Origin: a virus
Taxonomy: Duplodnaviria; Caudoviricetes
Strand: one strand, 5' to 3'
DNA length: 38,298 bases
Virus record (IMG/VR): IMGVR_UViG_3300048599_000839
Coordinates: 1 to 38,298 of that record
Both the position numbers and the translations under genes were made by a program. Under the pieces are notes generated by a model, which did no database searches, was not told the origin of the DNA, and saw nothing but the letters and a program-made list of their open reading frames with translations. Shown here piece by piece: positions 8,410 through 17,705 of the stretch (positions within the stretch are counted from its first letter, which is position 1; the number at the start of each line of letters is the position of its first letter).

Positions 8410-8553
8410 GGGTCCTTCCCGGAGGGTGCCGCGGGCGGGCTGCCTGATTGCAGATCGAAGCTGGATTCAGAACTATTTTCGGGGTTGACGGCTGGGGTTG
8501 ACAGAGGTTGACGGGCTGAGGGCGCGGTTGACAGGGCCAATGGCGGAGTTGAC
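8410..8553 (+). other. Candidate cos packaging site (cosQ-like GGGTCCT plus GGTTGAC repeats)
   Basis: GGGTCCT at 8410-8416 is identical to lambda cosQ. GGTTGAC occurs at 8483, 8496, 8506 and 8526, just upstream of TerS. Confidence 0.6.
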
Positions 8554-9148
8554 GATCACGCAGTGGGCGCAGGCCGAGGGCATCAGCCGGCAGGCGGCGC
8601 ACAAGCGCATCCGGTCTGGCAAGGTGCGGCTCACATCGCGCGGCCTGATAGACCCCGACCAAGCAGCCGTTGACTGGGAGCGCAATCGCGACTGTCTCCA
8701 GGCACAGCGTGGTGCACCGACAGTGCAGGCCCGCGAGCCGCGGCGTCCGGGGGCGCCGACGGCTGCGCCGGCCGCCGCCGCGAGCAGTGCTGCCGCCGCT
8801 CCCGCCGATGCGGCTCGCTCTCAGGGAGGGCTCGAGATCGGAGCGATCGCGCTCGATGAGCGTACGACCAGCCTGGCGGATGCCCAAAGAATTTCGGCCG
8901 TTCTAAAAGCGCTGCGCGAGAAACGAGAGCATGAGATCGCTGAGGGTAAATGGCTCGAGGCGAGCGCCGTGCGCCTCGCCACAGAACAGCGCGCGCGAAC
9001 GGAGCGCGACGCATTACTCAACATGCCATCCCAGGAAGCGCCAGATCTTGCCGCCCGCCTCGGCATCGACGAACGCCTGGTCCATAGTGAACTCGATTTG
9101 CTGGTGAGGAAATACCTCGCACAGCGCGGTCAGATCACGACAAACTGA
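8540..9148 (+). CDS. Terminase small subunit (Nu1-like)
   Basis: N-terminal HTH (LTITQWAQAEGISRQAAHKRI), coiled coil and a RDALLNMP-type C-terminus; coupled to TerL. Confidence 0.82.
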   Translation: MAELTITQWAQAEGISRQAAHKRIRSGKVRLTSRGLIDPDQAAVDWERNRDCLQAQRGAPTVQAREPRRPGAPTAAPAAAASSAAAAPADAARSQGGLEIGAIALDERTTSLADAQRISAVLKALREKREHEIAEGKWLEASAVRLATEQRARTERDALLNMPSQEAPDLAARLGIDERLVHSELDLLVRKYLAQRGQITTN

Positions 9149-11271
9149 TGCTCGCCGCTCAAGTGGTCAATCAAGCCTGGTCGCGCGGCTTACAGCCGCC
9201 GCCGCGGCTCACTGTTTCGCAGTGGGCGCAGGAGCGGAGATATGTCACCGCGCCGAGTCCCGAGCAGGGGCAATGGCATAACGAGCGCACGCCGTACCTG
9301 GTTCCGGTGATGGATCTGCTATCGCCATTCTCGGCGGCCCGCACGATTGCCCTGGAGAAAGGCTCGCAGCTGGGCGCCACCGAGGCCGGATTGAACTGGA
9401 CCGGCTACACGATCGACGTCAATCCCACCTCGATGATGATCGTCCTGCCCGACCAGGGTACAGCGAAAGAATGGAGCGGGCTACGGCTCGACCGGCTGAT
9501 CGAGAAGACGGAATGCCTGCATGGCAAGATCCAGGACGCCCGCAAAAGAGATAGCGGGAATTCATGGCAGACGAAGAAATTCCCCAACGGGTTCCTCAAG
9601 TTCACATGGGCATCAAGTGCCGCGAAACTGCGGTCGACGCCGGCGGAGAACTTATTGCTCGACGAGGTCGATGGTTTTGAAGGTGACGTGAAAGGCGAGG
9701 GTGATCCGGTCACCAGCTTGAAACGGCGCTTTACCAATTTTCCGCGCGGCAAGATGTTCATGTGCTCGACGCCGACATTGAAAAGCGACTCGCGGATTGA
9801 CCGCGAATTTCAACTCGGCGATCAGCGCTATTTCTTCGTCCGCTGCCCGTCCTGCGGCTGGTATCAGCTGATCAGCTTTGACCGGTTGCGTTGCGAAAAC
9901 GACGATCCGGAGAGCGTGCGTATGGAGTGCGTCGAATGCGGCGATCGCGTCCCGGAACGGTTCAAGACCCAGATGCTCGCGGGCGGCCTCTTTGTTGCGA
10001 CCGCCGGATATGACGAACTCCGCACGCGCGGCTTCGGAAAGCTCGAGGATGTGCGCGCCGTGATGCAGGAGATGGAGGAGGCGGAAGAAGTCAGCTTGCA
10101 TCTTTCCGCTCTCTATAGTCCGCTCGGCTGGTATTCCTGGCGCACTCTAATGAAGCAGTGGTTCGCGGCGAATCACCCGGTGAAGAATCTGACCGTGCTG
10201 AAGGTCTTGGTTAACACGATCTTCGGTGAGGTCTGGTCTGATCCTTGCGACGCCATCAACTGGGAACTGGTCCGCGGCCGCCGTGAAGAGTATCGCCTGG
10301 GCGTTGCGCCGATGGGCGTCCTCTTCCTCACCGCCGGTATCGATGTGCAGCGCGATCGCATCGAAATCGCGATTTGGGGTTGGGGTCGCGGCGGCCAATC
10401 TTGGCTCGTTGACTACCAGATTGTCGATGGCAGTCCGGAACTCGATCTGACGTGGAACGCCGTCGACCAAGTACTGGCCTATCAATATCCGCATGAGAGC
10501 GGCGCTCGGATGAGCCTCTCGCGGATCGGGATCGACACGGGCGATGGCCGCACGATTGAATTCGTCTATCAATGGGTCAAGCGCCAGGCGCGCAGCCGCG
10601 TCTATGCGATCAAGGGCGAGGACCATGGCCCGGTCATCAGCGTGCCGACGCATACCGAAGTGACGCCGCGCGGCAAGCGCCGGAAGTGGGGCATCCGCAT
10701 CTGGCATATCAACGTTTCGCACTGTAAAGGCACCCTCTATTCCTATTTGCAGTTGCCGATGCCGACCGAAGGCGAGGCCTTTCATCCCGGACATGTGCAT
10801 TACCCGCATATGACCGATGGCTGGTATAAGCAGCTCGTCGCCGAGGAATGGAAGCCAGGGAAGAAGAATCGGGCAGGCTCCTGGCAGTTGCCGCCGGGCG
10901 CGCGCAACGAGGCGCTCGATACCTGGAATTACGCCTGGGCTATGGCGCATCTAGAGGGGCCCGGCATTCAAAACATGGATGAGCGGTCCTGGCAACGCTA
11001 TGAGGCGGACCTGCGTGCCTCCGCGGCGCTGAATCCAGCCGCGCTGCAGCAGAACTTATTTGCGCCTGGCGCCGACGGTGAGGCGAATATCGTCGTTCAG
11101 CCGGTTTGTGAGGTCCCCAAATCGGCGGCGCCTGGGTCGGCCGCCACGTTGCCTGCGGCGCAGGCGGTGCCTCAAACGGCGCCTCCTGTTCAGGCGCAGA
11201 AGCCTGAGTCGAATCCCTTCCTGCACGGTTCGACATTCCTCGAGCCGCGCGATTGGTTTGGAGCTAAATGA
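9148..11271 (+). CDS. Terminase large subunit, GpA family
   Basis: TVSQWA, RTPYL, KGSQLGATE (Walker A variant), LLLDEVD (Walker B), STPT, CPSC/CVEC, LTAGIDVQ, RNEALD. Confidence 0.97.
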   Translation: MLAAQVVNQAWSRGLQPPPRLTVSQWAQERRYVTAPSPEQGQWHNERTPYLVPVMDLLSPFSAARTIALEKGSQLGATEAGLNWTGYTIDVNPTSMMIVLPDQGTAKEWSGLRLDRLIEKTECLHGKIQDARKRDSGNSWQTKKFPNGFLKFTWASSAAKLRSTPAENLLLDEVDGFEGDVKGEGDPVTSLKRRFTNFPRGKMFMCSTPTLKSDSRIDREFQLGDQRYFFVRCPSCGWYQLISFDRLRCENDDPESVRMECVECGDRVPERFKTQMLAGGLFVATAGYDELRTRGFGKLEDVRAVMQEMEEAEEVSLHLSALYSPLGWYSWRTLMKQWFAANHPVKNLTVLKVLVNTIFGEVWSDPCDAINWELVRGRREEYRLGVAPMGVLFLTAGIDVQRDRIEIAIWGWGRGGQSWLVDYQIVDGSPELDLTWNAVDQVLAYQYPHESGARMSLSRIGIDTGDGRTIEFVYQWVKRQARSRVYAIKGEDHGPVISVPTHTEVTPRGKRRKWGIRIWHINVSHCKGTLYSYLQLPMPTEGEAFHPGHVHYPHMTDGWYKQLVAEEWKPGKKNRAGSWQLPPGARNEALDTWNYAWAMAHLEGPGIQNMDERSWQRYEADLRASAALNPAALQQNLFAPGADGEANIVVQPVCEVPKSAAPGSAATLPAAQAVPQTAPPVQAQKPESNPFLHGSTFLEPRDWFGAK

Positions 11272-11504
11272 CACTCGCACAACTACAGACGATGAGGGAC
11301 GCGCTTACAGCGGCGCTTGGAAGTCCCGTCCTCGAATGCGTGATCGACGGGGTCACGGTCCGATACGCGAGCGCCCAAGACGTCGAGCACCGTCGAGCAA
11401 TCGTAGATGCCGATATCGCGAAGCAGACGACTGCGGCGCCACCCAGTTACACCTATGCCCAATTTTCAAAGGACGGACGTGGCAACAACAACTCGCGCGG
11501 CTGA
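11268..11504 (+). CDS. Head-tail joining protein (gpW-like)
   Basis: 78 aa ORF between TerL and portal, with an IDGVTVRYAS motif. Confidence 0.8.
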   Translation: MTLAQLQTMRDALTAALGSPVLECVIDGVTVRYASAQDVEHRRAIVDADIAKQTTAAPPSYTYAQFSKDGRGNNNSRG

Positions 11505-13023
11505 AGTGCTGAAGAGTGGCACGCCGGCCGGGCCCGCGGTCCGGCCCAATTGGGTCGATCGCGCAGTCTCTGTCCTTTCGCCCAAGCTGGGATTCCGGCG
11601 GCTGCAATATCGCCGCGCTCTCGCAATCGCGGAGAAGTTCAGCTATGACGGGGCCATGAGGGGCCGCCGCGCGGCCGGCTGGGTGACGTCGGACTCCGAT
11701 GCGAACCGCGAAATATTCGGGTCCATGGTGTGGCTGCGCGATCGTGCGCGAGATCTGGTGCGAAACAACCCATTCGCCGCCAAGGCCCTTTCGGAGCTGG
11801 TCGGGAACCAAATTGGAACGGGAATGGCGCCACGCGCCGATACGGGCAACGACAGGCTGAATACTGTCATCGACGCCGCGTTCCGTGAATGGTCTGAGCA
11901 ATGCGACGCCGACGGTCAGTTTGATTTCTTCGGAATACAGTGGCAGGTCGCGCGGGCCGTGGCGGAAAGTGGAGAGTGCCTCGTCCGCTTCCGGCAGCGT
12001 CGCCCGTCGGACGGCCTGGCGGTACCAGTGCAGCTGCAGGTCCTCGAGCCTGACTATCTGGACCACAACAAGACCCAATCGCTCGACACGGGCACCATCA
12101 TTGAAGGGGTCCAGTTCGACAAAATTGGCCGTCGGTCGAATTATTGGCTGTTCGGAAATCATCCTGGCTCCCTTACGTTGATGAACTGGCAAGCAGGCTT
12201 CATGTCGAGGCCAGTGCCGGCGTCCGAAGTGCTGCACATTTACAAGAAGGATCGGCCCGGGCAGGTGCGCGGCGTCACGTGGTTTGCGCCGGTAATGCTC
12301 AAAATGCGCGACCTCGACGAATACGAGGACGCCGAGCTCGTTCGCAAGAAGATTGAGGCCTGTTTTGCGGCCTTCATCACTACACCAGATGTCGATGGCG
12401 CTCTTACTGAGCGTAACAATGACCCCGTTACGAATGAGCCGACAGAGTTCTTGCAGCCGGGCATCATCAAGCGCCTGCGGATCGGCGAGGACGTCAAGTT
12501 CGGGCAGCCGTCGAATGCGGCCGGTTATCGCGATTACCGGTCGACGCAGCTTGGCTCCATTGCCGCCGGTCTCACGCTGCCCTATGAGTTGCTGACGGGC
12601 GACATGTCGAGCGTGAATTATTCCTCCTTCCGCGGCGGAATGCTTGGCTTCCGAAACACGATCGAGGCGTACCGCTGGCTCTGTCTGGTTCCGCAGCTCC
12701 TCACGCCGATCTGGCGGCGGTTCATCGACGTGGCCTATCTGGCTGGCAGGATTCCCGAATCCAACTATGGCGTCAGGTACACGGCGCCGCGGTTTGAATC
12801 CGTGGATCCGCTCAAGGATTCCATGGCGGACAAAGTGAAACTTCGCATTGGCAAGGTCACCTGGCCCGACATGGTGGCCGCCGAGGGCCAGGATCCGCAA
12901 CAGCAACTTGACGAAGTCGTGGCCTGGAACAAAAAGTTCGACGCGGCCGGAGTGATCTTTGACGGTGATGCTCGCAAGACCACCGATAGAGGCCAGGAAC
13001 AGGCCGGCGCGAGTAATTCCTAA
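11479..13023 (+). CDS. Portal protein, lambda family
   Basis: LRDRARDLVRNN, RPGQVRGV, LTGDMSSVNYSSFRGG, VDPLKD. The GTG 11479 start is inferred from its RBS. Confidence 0.96.
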   Translation: MATTTRAAEVLKSGTPAGPAVRPNWVDRAVSVLSPKLGFRRLQYRRALAIAEKFSYDGAMRGRRAAGWVTSDSDANREIFGSMVWLRDRARDLVRNNPFAAKALSELVGNQIGTGMAPRADTGNDRLNTVIDAAFREWSEQCDADGQFDFFGIQWQVARAVAESGECLVRFRQRRPSDGLAVPVQLQVLEPDYLDHNKTQSLDTGTIIEGVQFDKIGRRSNYWLFGNHPGSLTLMNWQAGFMSRPVPASEVLHIYKKDRPGQVRGVTWFAPVMLKMRDLDEYEDAELVRKKIEACFAAFITTPDVDGALTERNNDPVTNEPTEFLQPGIIKRLRIGEDVKFGQPSNAAGYRDYRSTQLGSIAAGLTLPYELLTGDMSSVNYSSFRGGMLGFRNTIEAYRWLCLVPQLLTPIWRRFIDVAYLAGRIPESNYGVRYTAPRFESVDPLKDSMADKVKLRIGKVTWPDMVAAEGQDPQQQLDEVVAWNKKFDAAGVIFDGDARKTTDRGQEQAGASNS

Positions 13024-13043
13024 TTCACACAAGAGGTAATCCG

Positions 13044-15065
13044 ATGCAACCCATGGGAGAGAGCGCGAACAGCGCATCTAACGCGATGGTGCCGCTGCCC
13101 ACGGATCGGCCTGTCGATCCATTTGCAGAACGCTTCGGCGCAACGTTTGTCCCGGACACCTGGAACGACGAGCAGTGCACGATCGACTGCATTTTCTATG
13201 ACGGCTCGGCTGTTCTGCGCTACGACTACAGCGCTGGAGAGTTTTACGATCTGGTGCTGAGCCTGGAGCCTGGCGCGGTGCGGCTGGATCGCCTGAACGG
13301 AGGCGGAGCGGTCTGCGACAACCACGACACCTATGACTCGGTGCTGAAGCAGCTGGGCGTCGTCGAGGCGGCATCGATCGACGCCGGTGTAGCGCGAGCC
13401 AAACTCCGCATCAGCCAGCGCCCAGAATTGGCCTCGTTCCGGGCGGACATCAAGGCAGGAATCGTTCGCAATGTCTCGATGGGGTTTTGGATATACGCGA
13501 AGAACGAGACGACGCCCAAAGGCGCACCACGCAGGCAGATGACTGCGATCGATTGGGAACCGTACGAGATTTCGTTCACGCCCGTTCCGGCGGTCGCCGG
13601 TGCGGTGACAATGAGCGCGGCGGGCGCGATCCCGCCGAACGGAGCTGCTGGAGGTCCTACTCCAGCACGGGCAACAAGCCCACAGGAGAAAGAACAGATG
13701 GCCACTCAACCCATCATTCCGGGCGCTGGTGCCCGTACTGAGAACGCGCCGCCTTCGGTCGATGTCGAAGCGTTGCGCGCCGAAGCAACCACGGCCGAGC
13801 GGACGCGAGTCAAAGACATTCGCTCGATGGCCCAACCATTCGCGGCTCGTGTTGGCGAGCAGTTCATCGCGAGTGTCGTCGACAGCGGCGTGAGCGTGGC
13901 CGATGCTCGCACGAAGATCCTCGAGAAGCTGGCGGCAGCTTCGGCCGAGGAGCCACAGACGTTCTCGGCGCATCCCCAGGTGACTCGGGACGCCGGCGAC
14001 ACAATGCGCGAGAACATGGCGGCGGCCCTGTTGCATCGCTACGAACCGGCGAAGTACCCGCTGAAGGATGGAGCGGGCAAGGAGTATATGGGGCTGAGTT
14101 TGCTCGAGCTCGGCCGCATCTGCCTCAACGCCAAGGGCAGCCCGATGATCGGAAAGGCACGCGACGAGGTTGCGTTCTCGGCTCTGACGACGTCGGATTT
14201 CCCGAACATTCTGGCGAACGTTGCCAACAAGACCCTGCGCCAGGGCTACCAGGCGGCTCCGCGCACCTTTGCGGCCTTTTGCCGCCAAGTCAGCGCGGCC
14301 GACTTCAAACCGGTGAATCGAGTCCAACTCTCGGATCTGGCCGCACTGCAGCCGCTGGGAGAAAACGGCGAATACCATCAGACCAAGCCGTCGGACAGCA
14401 AACAGACGTATCAGCTCGGGACCTTCGGAGAGATAGTCCTGATCAGCCGCATGACCATCATCAATGACGACCTGGGCGCCCTGACGCGCATCCCGTTCCA
14501 GCTCGGCGTGGCAGCGGCTACGCTCGAGTCCGATAAAGCCTGGGGTGTGATCACCGGCAACCAGGTGATGATGGAAGACAACAAGGCGCTGTTCATTGCC
14601 GCGCACAACAACCTGTTGACGGGGGCTGGTTCGGCGCTCGCCCTCGCGGGCCTCTCGGCGGGCCGGTCCGCCATGCGCCTGCAAAAGGCGCCCAAGGGCA
14701 CGCCGCTGAACCTTGTGGCGAGCTATCTGATCGTCCCGACAGCGCTCGAGACGGCAGCGCTCCAACTGATCTCTCCGCTGAACCTGGCCGCGGCGACATC
14801 GACGAGCGTGATCCCGGAATGGGTTCGCACCTTGACGCCCGTCGTCGAACCGCGACTGGACGCCGCGTCGACGACGGCCTGGTATTTGGCCTGCTCGGCG
14901 GGCCTCGTCGATACCATCGAGTTCTGCTATCTCGAGGGCCAGGACGGTGTGTACATCGAGACCCGCCAGGGTTTCGGTGTGGACGGGTTCGAGATCAAGG
15001 CGCGTCTCGATTTCGCGGCTGCCGCAATTGACTTCCGCGGCCTGCAGAAGAACGCCGGCGCCTAG
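13044..15065 (+). CDS. Prohead protease-major capsid fusion protein
   Basis: The N-terminal part is a U35-type protease (DNH, GIVRNVSMG, DWEPYEISFTPVPA). The C-terminal part is a Mu-gpT-like capsid (TTSDFPNIL, DFK, INDDLGA, DFRGLQKNAG). Confidence 0.93.
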   Translation: MQPMGESANSASNAMVPLPTDRPVDPFAERFGATFVPDTWNDEQCTIDCIFYDGSAVLRYDYSAGEFYDLVLSLEPGAVRLDRLNGGGAVCDNHDTYDSVLKQLGVVEAASIDAGVARAKLRISQRPELASFRADIKAGIVRNVSMGFWIYAKNETTPKGAPRRQMTAIDWEPYEISFTPVPAVAGAVTMSAAGAIPPNGAAGGPTPARATSPQEKEQMATQPIIPGAGARTENAPPSVDVEALRAEATTAERTRVKDIRSMAQPFAARVGEQFIASVVDSGVSVADARTKILEKLAAASAEEPQTFSAHPQVTRDAGDTMRENMAAALLHRYEPAKYPLKDGAGKEYMGLSLLELGRICLNAKGSPMIGKARDEVAFSALTTSDFPNILANVANKTLRQGYQAAPRTFAAFCRQVSAADFKPVNRVQLSDLAALQPLGENGEYHQTKPSDSKQTYQLGTFGEIVLISRMTIINDDLGALTRIPFQLGVAAATLESDKAWGVITGNQVMMEDNKALFIAAHNNLLTGAGSALALAGLSAGRSAMRLQKAPKGTPLNLVASYLIVPTALETAALQLISPLNLAAATSTSVIPEWVRTLTPVVEPRLDAASTTAWYLACSAGLVDTIEFCYLEGQDGVYIETRQGFGVDGFEIKARLDFAAAAIDFRGLQKNAGA

Positions 15066-15086
15066 GCGCAGGCGGGCGATTAACCA

Positions 15087-15110
15087 TGGAGCGGCCTGCT
15101 GGCCGCTCCA
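15087..15110 (+). terminator. GC-rich stem-loop after the capsid gene (no U-tract; terminator or mRNA stabiliser)
   Basis: TGGAGCGGCC-TGCT-GGCCGCTCCA, a perfect 10-bp stem. Confidence 0.5.
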
Positions 15111-15138
15111 GAAAACAGTTCAACCGGAGATCTTTCAA

Positions 15139-15822
15139 ATGAACAATTTCGTGCATAAGGGAAACACTCTCGAACTGGTCGCGCCGTATGACGTCGTGTC
15201 GGGCGGCGGCCTGCTCGTCGGAAACATCTTTGGTGTCGCTTCGACCGACGCGCTGAGCGGGACCGCGGTCAACGCGGACGTTATGGGCGTGTTCGATCTG
15301 GCAAAAGATGCCAGCGTATTCGCCCCCGGCGATTACGTCTACTGGGACGACGCGGCCAAGAAGGCAACCGCGACGGTCCTCTCCAACAAGAAGGCCGGCG
15401 TGGCGGAGATCGCCGCCGTGACCGGAGCAACCACCGTGCGTGTGTGGCTTGCAGGCTTCACGGGCGACGTGGTGTTGCGCGTATCGCCAAAGGCCACGGT
15501 GGTGGCCGAGGCAGCGAGCGCCGCGATCGCCGCTGCGGATTTCGACAAGATCCACACCAACACGGGGGCGGCCGCCGGCATCGTGCTCACGCTGCCCGCC
15601 GCGGCTACGGTCGCGGGTCGGGCAATCAAGGTGCAGTTGACCGCCGCCCAAACCGTCACACTCACACCGGCGGCTGGCGAAAAGGTCTATCTGGGAGGCT
15701 CCGGGGTAGCTTCCAAATATTGCCTGATCGCCGGCGTAATCGGAAACTTCCTGGACCTGGCCAGCGACGGGACCGACTACCTGGTCGTCGGCTATTCCGG
15801 CGTCGTCACGAAGGAGGCGTAG
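15139..15822 (+). CDS. DUF2190 capsid cement/decoration protein with C-terminal extension
   Basis: MNNFVHKGNTL...VVSG...GVA...GVFDLAK...GDYVYWD...VRVWL, followed by about 120 extra residues. Confidence 0.85.
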   Translation: MNNFVHKGNTLELVAPYDVVSGGGLLVGNIFGVASTDALSGTAVNADVMGVFDLAKDASVFAPGDYVYWDDAAKKATATVLSNKKAGVAEIAAVTGATTVRVWLAGFTGDVVLRVSPKATVVAEAASAAIAAADFDKIHTNTGAAAGIVLTLPAAATVAGRAIKVQLTAAQTVTLTPAAGEKVYLGGSGVASKYCLIAGVIGNFLDLASDGTDYLVVGYSGVVTKEA

Positions 15823-15842
15823 ATCCCTCCCGGCTCCCGCAA

Positions 15843-15864
15843 GGGGCCGTCTCCGGACGGCCCC
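15843..15864 (+). terminator. GC-rich stem-loop after the cement gene
   Basis: GGGGCCGTC-TCCG-GACGGCCCC, a perfect 9-bp stem with no adjacent U-tract. Confidence 0.5.
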
Positions 15865-15890
15865 GACGACTCTCAATTTACGCTTTCGCC

Positions 15891-16220
15891 ATGAGCACAT
15901 TCCCCATTCCGACTGACCCGACGGGGCTGACGCTCCTCAAGGCAATTCGCGACTGCATTGCGGTGATGGGGGAGACGCTGCAATACCAGTCTGGCGGGGC
16001 GGCTGCGGATGCCGTCACGTTGCGCGGCGTCTGGCGTGAGGACAGCGGAGTCCAGGCCTCCACGCGGGGCGCGCAGGCGTCCGTGTACCTCTGCCTGTCG
16101 GACATGCCTGCCGATCCGGCCAAGGGAGATTTTGTGGCGCACAACGGGATCAGCTACTTTGTCGTGGAAGCCACGTGCGACGGTCACGGTGGCGTGCGGC
16201 TGTTTGTGAGGGACCTGTGA
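15891..16220 (+). CDS. Head-tail adaptor/closure protein (gpFII-like)
   Basis: Size and position fit, and PAKGDFVAHNGISYFV...DGHG resembles Gifsy-2-type joining proteins. Confidence 0.7.
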   Translation: MSTFPIPTDPTGLTLLKAIRDCIAVMGETLQYQSGGAAADAVTLRGVWREDSGVQASTRGAQASVYLCLSDMPADPAKGDFVAHNGISYFVVEATCDGHGGVRLFVRDL

Positions 16221-16852
16221 TCAAAACGAGCTTCAAATTCCACGGCTCCAAGATCACGCTCGCGGGATACGGCTTCCGTAAGTACCAGATGGCGCGACTC
16301 GGCCAGATTGCCGTTGCCGCGTTAAAGGCCCGCGTGGCCAGAGGCGTCGGATCGGACGACGCGCCGATGGGGGCGTTGGCTGAACGCTATAGACGGCAAA
16401 AGCAACAATACGGTCTTAATCCGATCCGCGATTTGCGTGGACCAGGACAGACGACATATATGAAGCGGACGTATGGCAGCGGCGGCCGGCGATATGTCAT
16501 GACGGCTTCGGGTGCTCGCAGCTTTACAATGTCGCGAGCGACTATCCGTTTTCGAAGCGAGGGCGGCGGTGCCCACATGCTAGACAACTTCACGGTCCGA
16601 TATGCGGATGAGAATGCCGTCCGAATGGACATCACCGCGCAGTGGGCCCGGGATCGCGCTCGCAGCAATGAGAGGCGTTCGCCTTGGTTTGGATTCTCGC
16701 CCAACGACGTCCGGGTGATACTCGTCGCCGCCCGCCAGATGTTCCATATGAATATCACTGACTTTGCAGCCAAGTTTCGTGGCGTGAGCGGCAGCGCGGT
16801 GTGGATGGATCCATTCGGACTGACCGGACAAACCGTGAGGAAGGTGGCCTGA
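16217..16852 (+). CDS. Neck / virion morphogenesis (tail completion) protein
   Basis: Basic protein with LAERYRRQK, RDL...HMLDN and RSPWFGFS; GTGA coupling. Confidence 0.6.
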   Translation: MIKTSFKFHGSKITLAGYGFRKYQMARLGQIAVAALKARVARGVGSDDAPMGALAERYRRQKQQYGLNPIRDLRGPGQTTYMKRTYGSGGRRYVMTASGARSFTMSRATIRFRSEGGGAHMLDNFTVRYADENAVRMDITAQWARDRARSNERRSPWFGFSPNDVRVILVAARQMFHMNITDFAAKFRGVSGSAVWMDPFGLTGQTVRKVA

Positions 16853-17418
16853 TGCCAGCAACCCGACTGATTGCGCGTCAAAAGCTGGTGAGTATTCTGG
16901 CGGATCCGGCCAACGGCTTCAACGCGCGGCTCGCGGCGATCGCGACCGAATATGGGATTCATCCATTCGAGATCGATTGGACTCCCGGTTCGCCGACGTT
17001 CTTCTGTGCATCAGTGGCGCCGGAACAGATTGATTCGACTGGAATGCTCCCGGCCGACGACGGAATCTGCGTCGTTCTGTACACAAGCGTCAGCCAGACT
17101 AACTCCAACGAGGAGCGGCAAAAGCCGTCGATCTTCTCGGGCAAGCTCATGCTGCACGTCGATTTCTATCTGAGCCGGCGCGTTCTAAATCTGTTGCGCC
17201 ATGGCAAGAACCTACCTGCCGACAGCGCGGGGGATTTGGAGGCGTTGCCGGATGCGATCGAGGACGCCTTCTTGCAGACGGTGATGGCGAAGTCCGTCGA
17301 TTGGTCGCCAGTCGATTTCAATGGCGACTTCTCGTGTTCGCGAGAGCCCTTCCTGTTTTCGGGCGATGGCTGGCAACAGCGCTTGCCCTTCATCCTGATG
17401 TGCGAGGTGCATGTATGA
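16852..17418 (+). CDS. Tail terminator-like protein
   Basis: Acidic 188 aa ORF before the tail tube gene; TGATG coupling. Confidence 0.55.
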   Translation: MPATRLIARQKLVSILADPANGFNARLAAIATEYGIHPFEIDWTPGSPTFFCASVAPEQIDSTGMLPADDGICVVLYTSVSQTNSNEERQKPSIFSGKLMLHVDFYLSRRVLNLLRHGKNLPADSAGDLEALPDAIEDAFLQTVMAKSVDWSPVDFNGDFSCSREPFLFSGDGWQQRLPFILMCEVHV

Positions 17419-17705
17419 CATTTAGATTCGTCGGGAACGCTTCCGACATTGGCGAAGGAATTCGCCTTACAAACTTCGGGCAGGCCGTCGAACTCTCGGA
17501 CGAGCTCGCCCGCGAGGCGGCGCTCGGCGGCTGCGCGTTGGTGCCGGATGCGGAGTTTCAGGCAATCGGATTCACCGATAAGGAACTCGTCGCCTATGCA
17601 TCCGCCGGTTCGCATGAGCGCGCGCCAGCCGACTTCCTGGAGAAGAAGAAGAGTGCTCTGATCGCCGCGCACGAATTGCGCGTGCGAATCGAAGGGGGTG
17701 AGTAA
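17415..17705 (+). CDS. Hypothetical virion-associated protein
   Basis: 96 aa ORF coupled to both neighbours, with a GAGG RBS. Confidence 0.65.
   Translation: MTFRFVGNASDIGEGIRLTNFGQAVELSDELAREAALGGCALVPDAEFQAIGFTDKELVAYASAGSHERAPADFLEKKKSALIAAHELRVRIEGGE

Noticed and set aside
8155-8511. 118 aa ORF across the cos-like region
   Set aside because: It overlaps the upstream gene and the cos elements and has no clear RBS or motif. Not excluded, but unsupported.
8480-8553. GGTTGAC repeats as a mini-CRISPR or as stacked -35 boxes
   Set aside because: The units are only 7 bp with irregular short spacing and no matching -10 elements; cosB-like sites fit better.
11353-14765. Long minus-strand ORFs of 574 and 581 aa
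   Set aside because: Antisense to the portal and capsid genes; expected from codon bias.
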